A stretch of DNA of 64,000 nt from Raillietiella orientalis (lineage: Eukaryota). Shown piece by piece: positions 23,989 to 36,709 of the stretch; position 1 is the stretch's first letter, and the number at the start of each line of letters is the position of its first letter. The notes beneath the pieces were generated by a model, which worked only from the letters and a program-made list of their open reading frames with translations, ran no database searches and had not been told where the DNA came from. A program made the translations under genes and the position numbers. The DNA is taken from assembly GCA_036172245.1 (NCBI GenBank), contig JAYWIR010000011.1, positions 3,534,001 through 3,598,000 of the forward strand, given 5' to 3'.

Positions 23989-26399
23989 GAGTGTGTTTCA
24001 ATAGGAAGTTCATTGCTCGTCCTCTGGACTCTAGTTTTGGCTTTCGGCTGATCATTGCATTTCAGATGCGGTTCGGGAATCTAAGTGCCTGTGCAAGGTT
24101 GCATGTCCGCAGTCCGCGTTTTCTGGATTCCTTGAGATTACTTTGCACAGCAAAATGATCTCATGTCCGGACGCACTTGTGTAAGTCGAATCAAAAAAGA
24201 AAGTACCCTTCTGGAACCTTAAATCTCGAAGCAAGTACGTGTACCATTCCACGTACCTCTCATCTCCGATTGCGGGTCATTTATGCAAATTGAATGAGAG
24301 AAAACTATAAAAAGAAGGATCCTACATCTCTCAAAAGGACAGTCACCAAACCAGACTGCGACACAACTAGGGATGGTAAGGAGTAAAGAGAAGGAGGACC
24401 AATAAATAAATAAATGGGTGGTGGTTATGGCACACGATGATGAACATGAAATTCTCAAGCACCTGCATCAGGGACGTGAGAAAAAGGGATGGGATGCTAT
24501 CGCTTGTTTTGGCCTAGTCTGATCACAATGACCACGAGATAAGGACTCATGACCATTGTGATCATGACCTTGTATTTGATGTCTCAGTTTCGGCTATCTC
24601 GTAGCGATTCGCATAAGAAAGATTACGAATGGCTCCATAAGATGACACCCTGATATGACGTTAGAATGGAAGATGACGATCCATCTTTCATTTAGACGAC
24701 CACCGTTGCTCGCACGTAGCACTTCTCTACCGAGGAGGCGACTAGTAAACTCGAAGAGATGAACATTCGTGTAAGCGGGTCCTATAGGGATCGGGGAAAT
24801 ACAGCGCCCATGAGGGCTTTGAATTGCAATGTGGCATTTGTATCATTCCATTCACCCTAGCAAGAATTTGCAATGGGGTTGAGAAACCAACCAAAACGGA
24901 GCAAAATAACTCGAAAGGCTTTCATAACTTGGAGCTTTATCGCGATTTATTTTGATAAACTCCTTTTCACAGTTCTGGTTCGCTCACAGCCAATGGAATC
25001 ACTGCAAATAGGATTTTTTCATGGCTTTACTGAGCAAAAAACATTCTCCGAAAGTCTGGACAAGAGAAAATGCAGCGCTGTCAAGATTGGGGATTTGAAT
25101 CTTGAACGCTTCTGCCTTTTCTTATTCTACTTTTCCTACTGAATGCACATGCTGGCTATGCAATCGCCTTCTTCCAAGCGCATGGTTAGATCTTATGGGA
25201 TCGAGTTTTTCTGCTCTTCGCTCGTTTGTTTTCGTTTGCTTTTCAGTATCTTCGGCGAGGAGGAAGAACGGCTGCGTAGTATCATGTGATGCACTTCATA
25301 TATTTTACATCTAGATGCCACTTCTGTATTGAGAACATGTTGCCTTCCAATTCCATAGGAACCCTATTCATTTCTTCTCGAAAAAAAAAAAAAGAAAAAA
25401 AACTTTCCTCTGCATTATTTAGTTTGAACAGAAATGGTATTCATTTGTTCTTCGCCTTCCATCTCCAGCGTCTCCATTTCATGAAAAGCGTTGCGATTAC
25501 GAGAGAATACCAAATAGAGAAGAAACAGTAAAATTAAGATAAAAACACACAATTTCTATTCGTGTTTATTTGTTAGCATGAGGAACAGCATCTTGGACTA
25601 AAGACCGCTTAACAAGGTGCAAATCGAAATCGACATCTGCAATCATCATTTCATCATTACACTGCTCCCTTTTCTGCTTCTGCTCCTCCAGCCTGCACAG
25701 CCGATATGATGCATCACCTAATTTTCTTGAAAGGAAAGACTTTTACGAAAGCAAAGGAGTAGGAAGCTGAGCTGTTTCCTTTCTCAAATGTTTGGCTCAT
25801 TTCACGGAGGACATTTCCTGCTCCCAAAGAGCCGGTTGTATGGCAACATTTCTCAAATTATTGAATCTTCTCTGGATTGATATTTTAGCGCGCAAAAGAG
25901 GAAACGCAAGCAATCTGAATACCTGGGAGACACGAATTCTGTTTTTCATTTTTATTTTTTTCTTTAAAAAACTTCATGCGTGATGACCGCATGAAGGTGT
26001 TGCTGATTATCTCGCAGCCCCAGGCAGCACAAGCTGCACTACTCATAACCCTGTCCCACTCCTTGCGAGGAGACCCCTCATCCTCGAAAACCCAGCCTCA
26101 CAGGGCATGCAATTCATCTGTTGCTAGCACCTAACATCGGTTCTTTGACGCGTGCTTGTCAGCGAAAGTGATTCATTGGTGAATTTCAGGACCATCGAAA
26201 TCTCGTTTATCAGGAATTTTTAGTTCGATGACGAAATTCGTTTGCTCATGTATCAATTGCCCTTTTTGTCTTAAAAAAAAAAATCATATCAAGTCATTGC
26301 TCAATCAGTCCTGAAGGAGAAATCGACATTTACCACGTGTTGCTATGCATTGCACATATTTTCCTCACCACGCATTGTTCTTCTTCAGCAAATGCTAAC

Positions 26400-27190
26400 T
26401 TTGAAGCCGGTGGCAGCGAGAGTTGGGCTCCTGTGCGAAGTGCATGACAACGAGTGCAAGTGTCACTCCGTCACCATCTGACGCTCGAGCAAAAGCTTTG
26501 CCCAAATCGATGCAGCAAGCTGTGAACCCTGCCTCGTGGAACCCACACGGAGTCCCAACCTGGGGGCAGGGGATCAGTGATGCCAAGTTCGGAGGAGTGA
26601 GCCTTCGAGATACGGTGGCAGCGAAGGCACGGCGCCTGGGAAGGCGAAGCGCCACTGGGAACCACAAACCTCCTCCTTTAGACTTCGAAATCGAATCGAA
26701 AAAAGATGCTTTGGGAGGGAGCCTACCGTTCAGACAGCGACCCTGGACGCACGAATCCGCTTGGAATTGATGAACGGAAGACACTTGGAAACCGCACTTG
26801 CTGGTTTCGTCTGCACAGCGAAGTTACGCATCATCCACAGCCACTCAAGGAAATAAGTGGAGAAAAAGAGCTCGAAATTCGTGGTCAGATGAAAATTGCC
26901 ACTGCATTTTTGCACCCACAAGAGATTTCTAACTAAAAGGACAGTTTTTTCCTCCCCTACTCCAAGTGAGCATTACTATAGTTTTTGTACATTGAATGGT
27001 GTCGAACACGGAATGTAAAGCACGAAAACGAGTGTTTCTCGCCATCTTCTTAGCCTGCTGGATCTCTTCATCTTCTGAGATTATCCAGAGTTTCTTTATC
27101 AAGACCCGATGGCCATCCCGATGTTTCCGGGAACACTGGACGCTCGAGTCCTCACAACTCTTGGAAACCTTCGGTTCTTTCAGCACCCCA
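26400..27190 (-). mobile_element. Decayed L1/Tx1-like RT remnant
   Basis: ORF 26395-26784 reads NGRLPP...SKSKG...AATVSRRL...LASLIPCPQVG...GF...CIDLGKAF, matching the RT N-terminal motifs (LA.RL...L..LI...Q.GF; D..KAF). Confidence 0.6.
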
Positions 27191-27569
27191 CCACTTCCCG
27201 AATCCCACGATCCAGGGACGATCTCACCGCAAGGGCTCCTACTGTGGTAGGCTGTATCTTGGAGGCGAAGTGAAGGACCAACTCTGGACTGTGGTTCTCT
27301 GAGCGATGCCGGACTACCTTTCCTCCTCCCTCAAGCACTAGGTCAACTCTGAGTTTGTTTCAGGGAAGACTTCTGGAAGTTAAACATTCCGACGTGAGGG
27401 CAGCAAAAAGTCCAGCAAAATCCAGCGACGAGCCAAACAAAGGGCGTTCTCGGGTGCCGTTCATCTAGTTCAGTCTTCAAAAATCGGCTTAAAAACACAC
27501 ACACACGCACATACGTACACACAGCAGTGTAGGTCTACAAGAAATCGTTCTAAACCTTCGACTGTTGCT

Positions 27570-27790
27570 CTCAGTATCTGTTCTCCTAATGGCACAACTC
27601 TTCATGGAACGGAGGCGGAATGTACTGTGTGGCAAAGCATTCATTTCTCTCTACTCCTCCTACTCTCCAGAATGAGGATTGACCATCCAAGAGTTTCCCT
27701 GCTTGATTTCCTAATTGCACGCGCAAATGGTGTCCACACTCAAATTAGGAAAGTCGAGACCACTTTCATCCAAATGATGCAGACAGACGT
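27570..27790 (+). mobile_element. Penelope-like RT remnant
   Basis: VLLMAQLFME (cf. SP.LANLFME), SIHFSL, and SLLDFLIARANGVHTQIRKVETT (cf. LPFLDV.I.R.NG...T.VYRK.T). Confidence 0.5.
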
Positions 27791-27813
27791 CCAGCTGAAG
27801 ACCGTTCAAATCG

Positions 27814-27890
27814 CTTTCGAATATCCCATAAGGCCATCATCGACACGATGATGCCTTATGGGATATTCGAAAGTGGGCCTTATGGGATAT
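27814..27890. repeat. Near-perfect 28-bp hairpin plus a third templated copy
   Basis: Left arm 27814-27842, loop ACA, right arm 27846-27873 (one base shorter). 27876-27890 is again the exact reverse complement of 27821-27835. Confidence 0.95.
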
Positions 27891-27984
27891 GCTTTCCATA
27901 CTTTCTGAATTCCCCTTCTGTTTACCGACTGCTCTCGTAGGCAAAGTCCACATCTCGAGAACTAAGAGGCAGTGAACCCAATTC

Positions 27985-28600
27985 ATGTTTGTTTGTGTTT
28001 CTGACTTCGAAAATGGGAACCTACAAGTCGAAGTGTTCCGAGTTGCTCAGTGCACGCTGAGATCTGCAGAAATGACCAACGGAAAACTTGAACGGAGGCA
28101 ACCAATGAACTCACATGAGCCGCATAGTCTAAAAGGCAAAGTCTAAGCGAGGAGCGCAACCGTTGTTGGAGCAGCGTTCGGCACGTCTGTGACAAGAAGG
28201 GTTGTCGCTGACAACCCTCAATTCGCAGGCTGGTGAAGACTGTTGCTAACGTGATATGTGATCGGAAGATGAAGGTCTGCTAGCCAGCAAAAGTCAGGGT
28301 TGCAGCCCTCGTGGATTCTTACAGGTTCTTGAGCTGATTCCATCCTAAGAATGGCGACGAGAGAGTTTCACTTCGAGCTGCGCCTTACTTTGCCAGAGGA
28401 AGCATCAGAAAACTTTGCAAACTGTCCAGATGATTCCCCAAAGCAGGATGAATCCGATCCCGAAACAGGGATGCGCAATGTGAGCACATTTGATCGTCAA
28501 TCATCGTTTGCATACTCTAGTGTCCAGAAAATTCGTGCAGCATCTTTATTCAACCTTGTGGGAGGAGGAAGAAAAACGAGAGAAACAGGTTGCAGACGTC
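27985..28600 (-). mobile_element. Decayed Ty3/Gypsy integrase remnant
   Basis: KMLHEFSGH, VRIH.../TFAG, HITLATVF, RVVSDN and VASVQVF occur in integrase order across frameshifts. Confidence 0.5.
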
Positions 28601-29059
28601 GCCTGACTCAAAATCAGCATGCTGTCCATTGCGAGGGTCTCGCAATGCTCATGGCTGAAGTCGTAGGTTTCGGATACCACGTGATTTGCATCGTGCATAG
28701 CTTAACTCTTTGAGAAACAAAGAAAAAAATAAAAGCCGTTGGATAACAGGGCCATAACCCCTAACGACGACCTCTCATTCGGTTGGAAACACATTACATG
28801 TCCTTGAGATGGTAATGGTGGAATGAGACAATCAGGAGGCCATTATTACTTGCAGTTGTCCAGCAAGTCTGGAATCGTCTGCGAAGAACTGAGTGACGAT
28901 GACTGGTAGAGGAAGACACGAGATGTGATTATCGCGCTGCTTCGGATGTGCGTGTGTGGCACATGCGTTTTTCGATCGTTCATCCACTGATGCGATGTTT
29001 TGAGATTTTATTTCTTCTAGTGTCTCGGAAACATCGGTGAAAAAAAGGGGAGGCCAGTC

Positions 29060-29330
29060 ATATCTTTGGAATTAGGGAGGCTGAGGATGGCAAAGCAGGA
29101 CAAAGCAAAAGAACGCTCGCTCGCGCGTTTGCATGTTGTGCGGGGAAGTGTGCTGCTCTTTCAGGAAGGAAAACCACCCCCGACGGAGAACTGAGGTGGA
29201 ACGTGAATCTCGGGCTCTGAGGCGAGTGAGAATTGCGGGGAGCTCCCGCGCGAAGCTGAGGTCGTGTAGCAGAAATCAGTTTCATCTTTGCTCTCCGCGA
29301 GACTTCAAAATGCATCCCGGATGGCACTGC
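29060..29330 (+). mobile_element. LINE ORF1/APE-endonuclease N-terminal remnant
   Basis: HIFGIREAE, then LRWNVNLGL...FIFALRET (cf. the WNV.G and LQET motifs of AP endonuclease). Confidence 0.4.
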
Positions 29331-30949
29331 AGTTGTCATGGGTCCTGGCTTTCTATCACCTGAAGAGGTCCACCTTCTCTGCCTTTCCCCTGGATACTTC
29401 GTAATAACCCCAAAATCACTCTTTTTTTTTCCCCTTCCTAGATTCGTCTCTGCGCTCTATCTTCCCAGATATTCCTGCTTTCTTCCAATTTCCTCTTTTG
29501 TGTGCGCCAGACGAGTGTAGGCAGGCTGGAAAGCGGTTGCCCCGAACTAGGGAGGCAGCCAAGATCCCACTCTTTGGGATCTTGAGGGGTTTCCTGTTTT
29601 CCAGAAATCCGGAATTCACAAGGTGGGGGTAACGCGATCACACAAGTGCATTCGGATGTACTGCGGAAAAACAGATCGACCTGTGTTGCTTTTTCCGTTC
29701 CCCGTGGGTTTCCTTTTTATCCTGCAGTACATGGCTAAAGTCCCCCTTCGTGGGAAGCTTAGTCTCAAAACTGGCCAATTCGGGACAGAAAGAAAGGAGT
29801 GCACGTGTTTCAAAACGGAGCCCCTCTTTTACGAGGCATCTCGTTCATCTATTCGGGACGGGGAGCGGAAAGATCTGAGCATAATTCTCCATATTTACGA
29901 CGGAGGAGAGACATATACACGGATTTAGAATGTCGAGGAACACTTCCATGAAAAGGAAACGAAGTCAAATGCCGCTTAGAGCGCGTCTCTGCATCTTCCT
30001 GTGCCCGGAATGCAAGAGGTGAAACCGAGAGTCTTTGATGTTCAGTAGCAAGAACGCATGGGGAAGATCCAGACAGAAATGGGACTTCACCGTGACCTCT
30101 TTGAAGCCCCTGCGTGGCCTTTCCCTCATATCGGGCAGGGGAACAGAGAGTAGACGCCGTCCAGGAGCTAGTCTTGAGCTAGTCCGTGGAAGACGCGACT
30201 AGTGTCAACGTTTCTCTGCTGAAAACTCAGATCAGAGGCTTGTCAAACAGCGTGAAGGAACAGAGCATCACCTGACGAATGGCGCGCGCTTTTAAAAGTG
30301 ACCTGTGTATTTGCGAGCAACAAGCGTTGGGCTACCACGTTAGGATGCTCCCCAGAACCAGATGCTCGAAGTGAAATACGTTAAATTCTCAGAAAAAAAA
30401 AGGGAAAATGATAATGAATGAAACGCCCCTGACATCAAAAATAGATACCCTAGACAATTTGGTACATATCGCTGGACCATTAGAATTTGCTTTAAGAGGT
30501 GCGAAAGAAATGCTTTCTTTTGAAAGTCTCACTCGCCTTGTTGTCAGTTGCCATACGTCTCTTCTTCCTCTCTCATGCCACCATGGCTGCATTCTCTGTG
30601 CACTGTTTCCTAGATAGGAGGGGCCACTTCGTTCATCCCTGTCCATATCGTCAGTGATCCATGTATACTACTGAACATCCATCTACACAAAGCGTCTCAG
30701 AAAGCAGCCATTATCATCTTTCCTGTTTGCTATCACTGGAAATATTAACTTGAGCCCCTTCCTCCTCTTAATCTGTTTTCAAGTTTGGCGTGTACAAGTG
30801 GAAGTTTTTTTTTTTAAGTAGGAGGAGATTCTCCTGAAACGTTCCCGTTTGTCTGGGTATGCCTGCTTGCTGCCTTCGCAGAGCGACTTTCCTAGCAGTC
30901 CGATAACCCGCGCCTCGCAACGGACAGCCCGCGAACTCGCAAACTGAAC

Positions 30950-33350
30950 CGACAGCGGAGTGACCTTCTTCTTCAAGTTGTGAGATTGTCGAGATTCTTT
31001 AAGATTCAACTCTCCATCCTTCTACCTCCCTCTTGTTACGTCAGTCGTTCCCAGGACTTATGTTTTTCTTCTCGTCTCCTCTTGGCGTTGCAGCATACCT
31101 TCTGGTCTCTTGGCTGCGTAACTACTTGCCTGGTGCTCCCTTTGCTTCTCCGACTGTGAGACAAGGAAGAAGAAGAGTTCATTTGCTTTGAGTGCCTTCA
31201 GCATGGCAATCACGGAGATGACGCCTGGATACCCAGAAGGCTTACTGAGACGAGCTGACCATTTCCATCCGTGAATGAGAGGGAGAAGTCCCAGTCATCC
31301 AGGACATGGAAGTCTTCCCAGTCCTACTGTATCTGAGAGGGGGGCCGCGCACACAACGAGAAATGCTCATCCGAACTACCACGATGGTTCCGTTAGAGAA
31401 CGACAGTCTTCACGAGAAAGCGAGGCAGCTCCTGATTCAAATCCTTTTCGTTATACGATTCGCTCGATTTTCCTGGAACCATGGCATCCCTTGAGGCAAT
31501 CCCGCCACCCTTGCTGGTCGAATGTTCTCGGATCCTCTTTTCCTGGGCTGCTACGTTCCTATTCCGACGTCCTCCCTTCCTAGAATCCACACGTGTGAAA
31601 GGACATCCCCCACCCTAGGGTTTGGTGTCTGTCGGCTGCGCATCTTCAGAAGTTTGGCGTGTCCAAGGGAACATTTCCAAAAAATTTCCACATGATGACC
31701 ACCACTAGGCCATTGTAAGGATCGTATCGCAGCATATCGTTTTCAATACAAAGTTCCTCGGAGGTTTCTTCTCCATTTGCAGAATGTAGCCTCAAACCTC
31801 TGCAAACCTTGCAGTCAAAGTTAAAATCCTCTTAGGCAACGTGAATAAAAAGAAATCTCAGAGACGAACCAATGACCCGCGTTGGCGGCTGTTTTGCTGC
31901 GGTCTCCACGAGTGGTACCACCAAACGTCCCGGGTTCGAATCCCGCTAGTGGAAGGATCGACGCCAGAGAAATGGATACATCATGGGTTTCGAGCCATTC
32001 CTGGAGGATGACACTAGTTGGTCTATCATCGGGTGAGACTCCGGGGCAAACCGGAAACCACCGTCGAATGGGCAGGATTGGAAGCTGATCCTACGGGATG
32101 CTCCCAGGAATCAAGGAGCAGGTTCCCTTCGTGGTTCCCTTTTGATTGTTCCCCCTGGGGGGAGGGGAGAACCCTCCATCTCTTGCCATGGGGCTGGTGG
32201 ATTTATACCTCTCCAGAGTGTGAAGAAGTGAGCTGCTTCCTTCCGGGAGCACCCTTCAGAGAAATTGGAAAGCGTCCCTTCGGGGTTGTCTTCGGAGGAG
32301 GAAAGAAGGGGAGGTTCCCTTGAGGGCTCCCTCCAGAGAAGAAATAAGGAGTGGCTACCACAAACTGGGGTTCCCTTTGAAGAGAATAAGGAGGAGGATT
32401 CCCTCCGGGATTCCCTCCCAAGCGTAAGAGGGACGGACTTTTTTCTCCGGAGCCTTCCTGGATTCATAGAGTGGTCCCTCCAGGGTTACTCCTGACCTTG
32501 AAGAGTTAACACGCACCCAAGGGTGATGCGGAGCAGTGTTAAGGAGCTTGGTGATCCTCCCCTAACAGTGCTCCTTGAGCCTCCCTCCCCCCCCCAAAAA
32601 AAAAAATCTGGAAGGAAAAGCAACACAGAAGAACCCCAAAAGATTTTCATCATCCTAAAGGAGGCAATCGAAGACCCTTATTGTTTACACCATGCTAATG
32701 ACGACATCATCAAAACATTGCGTTCCTCTGGTCACTCTGAACCCAATGATTCCAACTGCCAGTCTTTTGTCGAGGACCCGGTCTGCTACGCGAGGCCATT
32801 GGTCTCTCTTGAGCAAAAACGGTTGGCTGCGCATAGCTAACGCTAGCAACGAAAGATGGACTCCTGAGATGCGACTGCTGAGGGTCGGGAATCTGTTCCA
32901 GCAATGCGCTTCGTGGTCTTCGCATGACTCCTGAAACCATGCTCTGGGAAACGAACCGGCTCCGGAAACAATGGCTAGGGCGTGCGATCGAGAGAAAGCG
33001 GAAACCTACTTTCCCCTCGCTGTGGGTTCCGTTCTGATGACAACCACGGGGAACTGGCAGCTTTTGCATCAAGGACAGCGACGGGATCAGGGATTGAAAT
33101 CCCTGCCCTGTTCTACCGACCTGGGCACATGAATGCGGGCAGCGGATTCTGATGCCTCTGACTACAAACCGGTGATGCCGTCTGGACGTTAGTCGCAGCC
33201 CACATTCCTCAATCTCGCGACCGCATCAAATTCCTGACATTCCTGAGCTGGTAAAGATCGCCACTTCACTCGTGGTACAAGAATAGCACTTGTTGTTGCC
33301 AAGAATCCTCATGCAGCCTGGCTGTCTAGGGTATTGGCAACTCAGCGGTC
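30950..33350 (-). mobile_element. Decayed Ty3/Gypsy pol (RT-RNaseH-integrase) interrupted by the SINE at 31872-32620
   Basis: GISIPDP and LPVP (RT end, ~33060-33100). QIPDPQQ...ASVSYA...VFAQERPMASRSR (RNase H, ~32780-32895). After the SINE: EELCIENDML, PFTRVD, DWEDF, LLGIQASSP, QREHQASSY (integrase). Confidence 0.55.
31872..32620 (+). mobile_element. SINE-like element, family A, near full length, inserted in a Gypsy remnant
   Basis: B-box GGTTCGAATCC at 31933-31943, shared body, and a C-run/A-run/CTGGAAGG tail. Confidence 0.88.
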
Positions 33351-35252
33351 ACGTGAATAACGCACTTGCGTTCTGCTATTTCCAAGGGCATTAATAGCAC
33401 ATTAATAAATATTCCCAACTTCTTTGTAGAGATTATTCTACAAGTGCGGTGGGCAATTCAGCATTTTGCATTGACCCTCCCAAATACAATCCAGAGAGCG
33501 ACTATGCGCTCACGATCCCTGTCTTTCACCCTACCACCGACTTTCTGCTGTCAGTAGCCTACAAGTAGCCATCTTGACTGTGGAGAGCGCAATTTCCATC
33601 AAATTTAAGAACCATGAGAGGGATGATTCTCAAGTCAGTCCTCCAGTTTCAAATAATTCTTTTACACGGGAAGCACTACCTTTTGCTAGCACTAGCATCA
33701 AGCCTCTCTGTCGGAATCCCATCAGAAGTTTCCAAGAGAATCGGTAATCGCGGACCTTTGCAAAACAACTGCCATCAAAGAACCTTCTCGTGCGATCCCG
33801 AATACTGCGAACGTAAGTCAGGCCCGTCTCAGCCTTGAAAGCACCAGCGGTTCGTTTTACGAGATCAGCATAATAGCTCTTTTCATCTTCCTAGACGAGA
33901 ATGCGTTGCGAATATTTGAAACCTGAAGCCTGGCACAAAATGTGTCCTTCTTCGTCTTTGCGGAACCAATGTTTTCTTCAGGTCCTTCTTTTCCGGAGAA
34001 CTCGACGGAGGAGCTTCTCGCTTTGAGGGTTTCCCTACCTTCTGCCCGCACGCCACTATGGGAACTCCGCTCTGTTTCTCTCTGACGCCGAAATTCGACG
34101 ATAAGTCTTTCAAGGCGTGTTTCCAGGGTGGGCATCCGTCTAATTTTCGAGACCACCAGGAAACAAGCTGTCATGCCCTCTCTCGCTCTTATGTAAGTTG
34201 GTATGCAACAACCCAACGTCTTTTTTTTTTTTTTTTGGTTTTTTCCAATTAATGATGCTGAGCTGTTCGTTGATGTGAAACCAGCAAACCCCTACAAAGA
34301 ATTGGGGCTGCATTGCAAAACACCAAACGATTTTGAAAGAGAGGAAGCGTTCCAGCTTCACATCGTAATTCGTGGGGACTGGATGCAGGATGCTGGCTTT
34401 CGGTTTCTCGTTTGCATTTTCGTAAAGCAGTCCTCGAAAAGGATACAAGGCGGAGGTAGCAAACCGGATGCTGCTGGTAGGAGCTAGCGAGCCCTTTCGA
34501 GGGTAAAGTCACAAGAGTTGAAAAAAATTGCGAGAGGAAGGCACGAAGAGATCATCTAAAGAGAAAAGTCACCAATCTTCCTTCATGAAAGTGAAGCGAA
34601 AAGCAAACCTGGAAATCAATGAAATTGCGAGTCTCTGTGCGCGTGTGTGGCGCCTGGGCAGGAAGGAGCTCTAAGAAATGGAACCTTCAAATCATTTTCA
34701 AATCGCCAATTTTCTTATTTGAAAGAAAAAAAAATTGCTTGCCCGGAACACCCCACGGCAATGCAATTTTGGCTCGGGATGACACAGGACAAAGTGTTGC
34801 TTGTCGAAGGACTGTTCTCTGCTTATCCTCCTGAATGGGAATGAATTTTGTCGTTCCCGACTCGCCAAGCATGATGAACTATGGGTTAAATCGGAAGCTT
34901 GAAAACGGCTCCGATCCACCAAGGCTCAGAAAAATGGGAGTCGCGAAAGCTCAAGCAATTTGGCAAAGTGTTGAGTCCCCATCCCAGCGTGATCACGCGA
35001 ATGCACGTGAAGAGTGAACGATTGAGAAATGGGAGAATTCCATCCAGTCGAATAAGAAGCATGTTCCTGGTTACTAGATAAGCAATTGGTCAGTCCAATA
35101 GGTTCGAGTCCCAGTCGCGAAACACCTCAGTGACTTTCGGAGCTTCACCGTGAGAAGATTAATAAAGGTTGGTTGAGCCAAACGGCTCTCCAGAAAGGGC
35201 ATCGGGATCTTCGAGTGAGAAGGAAAGCTCGGCGGTCCCCATTTTCGAGCAT

Positions 35253-35520
35253 TGCAGGAACGGAACAGCCTTCACCGACACCCGGGTTTGAAAATGGGCG
35301 GATATGGTTTCAGAAAGTCTGTGTAGCTACAAGAGGAATGCGCCGGGAACAAAAAAGAGATCGAAACTCTTTATTAGGAAAATATGATAGTTACGGATCG
35401 CGTTTTTTCCCCCCTCCCCTTGGAAGATCTGTAACAGATGTGCGCCCATTGAAGCTGTCGATGCCAAGACGCTATTCCAGTACCGGAATCATCGGGAGAA
35501 ACGCTCCGAAAGGAGTTCTT
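35253..35520 (+). repeat. Repeat family B, copy 1 (inverted relative to copy 2)
   Basis: Shares the exact blocks aaaaagagatcgaaactctttattaggaaaatatgat and ccattgaagctgtcgatgccaagacgctatt with the reverse complement of 36800-37061. Confidence 0.95.
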
Positions 35521-35699
35521 CCGCCTTTTATGTCTGCGAAAATGCTTCCTGGGTGCAGTTTTTTCCTTAACATAAATTAGCATTTCTTGAGTCTTTATCC
35601 TGCTGTCAGAATATTTTAGTGACTTTTCGAAACAACTGTACAAAATTCATTGCGTACGTACTTCGGTGGAGTACTTTAATCAAGCTATAAATAGCTCGA

Positions 35700-36200
35700 G
35701 ATGATGATGTGGCACCTGCAGTTTTGATCCGGCAGCAGCAGTTCCAGGCAATGATTTTGTTCTGTTAAAAAGGTTCGGCACTTCGAATTCCAGAAGGAAT
35801 GTGTTAGATACACAAAGGATCATAAAACAGGAGTCATAAAAGGGAAGGAGGGCTTTCGAAGAGCGAAAATTCTTAGGATTTAAGCAGAGCTGCTGAAACA
35901 ACAGCAAGGGATGAATGGTATCGTCGAGAGTTATCTTTCTCAGCTCGCAGATTGGGCAAATTAATTCCCCGGTCCTCCTGGAAACAACAGTTAAAAACGC
36001 CGAAGAGGATCAGGCGGGAGAGGAGGAAGGCTGGCTGCATGGACGCCCCCTGATCGATACCTACGTTAACGCCAGCCAGACCACGAGTCGTGACTCGCTT
36101 GTGGCAGGAGACGAGTTTATTTGGCTACGTTCATCCCGTGGAGTTGCGAATTATCCAGAGGCTTTCTCCGTGAACTTCGCGTGATGCGGGAAGTCCGGTG
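35700..36200 (-). mobile_element. Decayed LINE RT fragment
   Basis: KPLDNSQLH and VGIDQGASMQPAFL (cf. G..QG..L.P.LF). Confidence 0.35.
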
Positions 36201-36709
36201 CATATCGAATGGGGAGAGCAAAATCTTCATCAATTAATGATTAGCCTTCCTGCGTTCTCAGTAGGAGGCCGGTTCTCGACGCCGGGTCTCAAGTGTGCAA
36301 ACAATGAGGGACTGCATGCCGACAGGTCTCCATCAATCAGCTTCTCACTGGATGAGCCTGCATTTCTTCCCATCCCTCTTTTTCTGCCTTTTGTTCCCTT
36401 TGGTCCTTGAATCGTTAATTTCCCTGCCTTCTTGACCGACACGACAAGCGTTCTCATTAAGGTGGGAACGCGTTGCTCCTGTTCCCGTGATCTGAAGCAG
36501 GACGGACAGGCTTCATGGAATGATTGAAGATTAACGTACGAGCATCCATGAGTTCCCGTTTCCTAGTCTGGACCGCAAGGGCTGGCAGAATGATGGTCTC
36601 TTCACGGTGATGATCGTACTCCCAGGAGCAGCCCCGTTCAGAAAAAACAGCAGATTTCCAGTGTCTGCAGAACGTTCCAGATGAGGGAAAAAAAAAAAAA
36701 ACCTGCGAT

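Noticed and set aside
27790..27825. Penelope-associated hammerhead (CTGAAGA)
   Set aside because: No appropriately placed GAAA/stem II follows.
35090..35115. Additional SINE/tRNA from GGTTCGAGTCCC (similar motif at ~44689)
   Set aside because: Isolated B-box-like words without an A-box or a family-A body.
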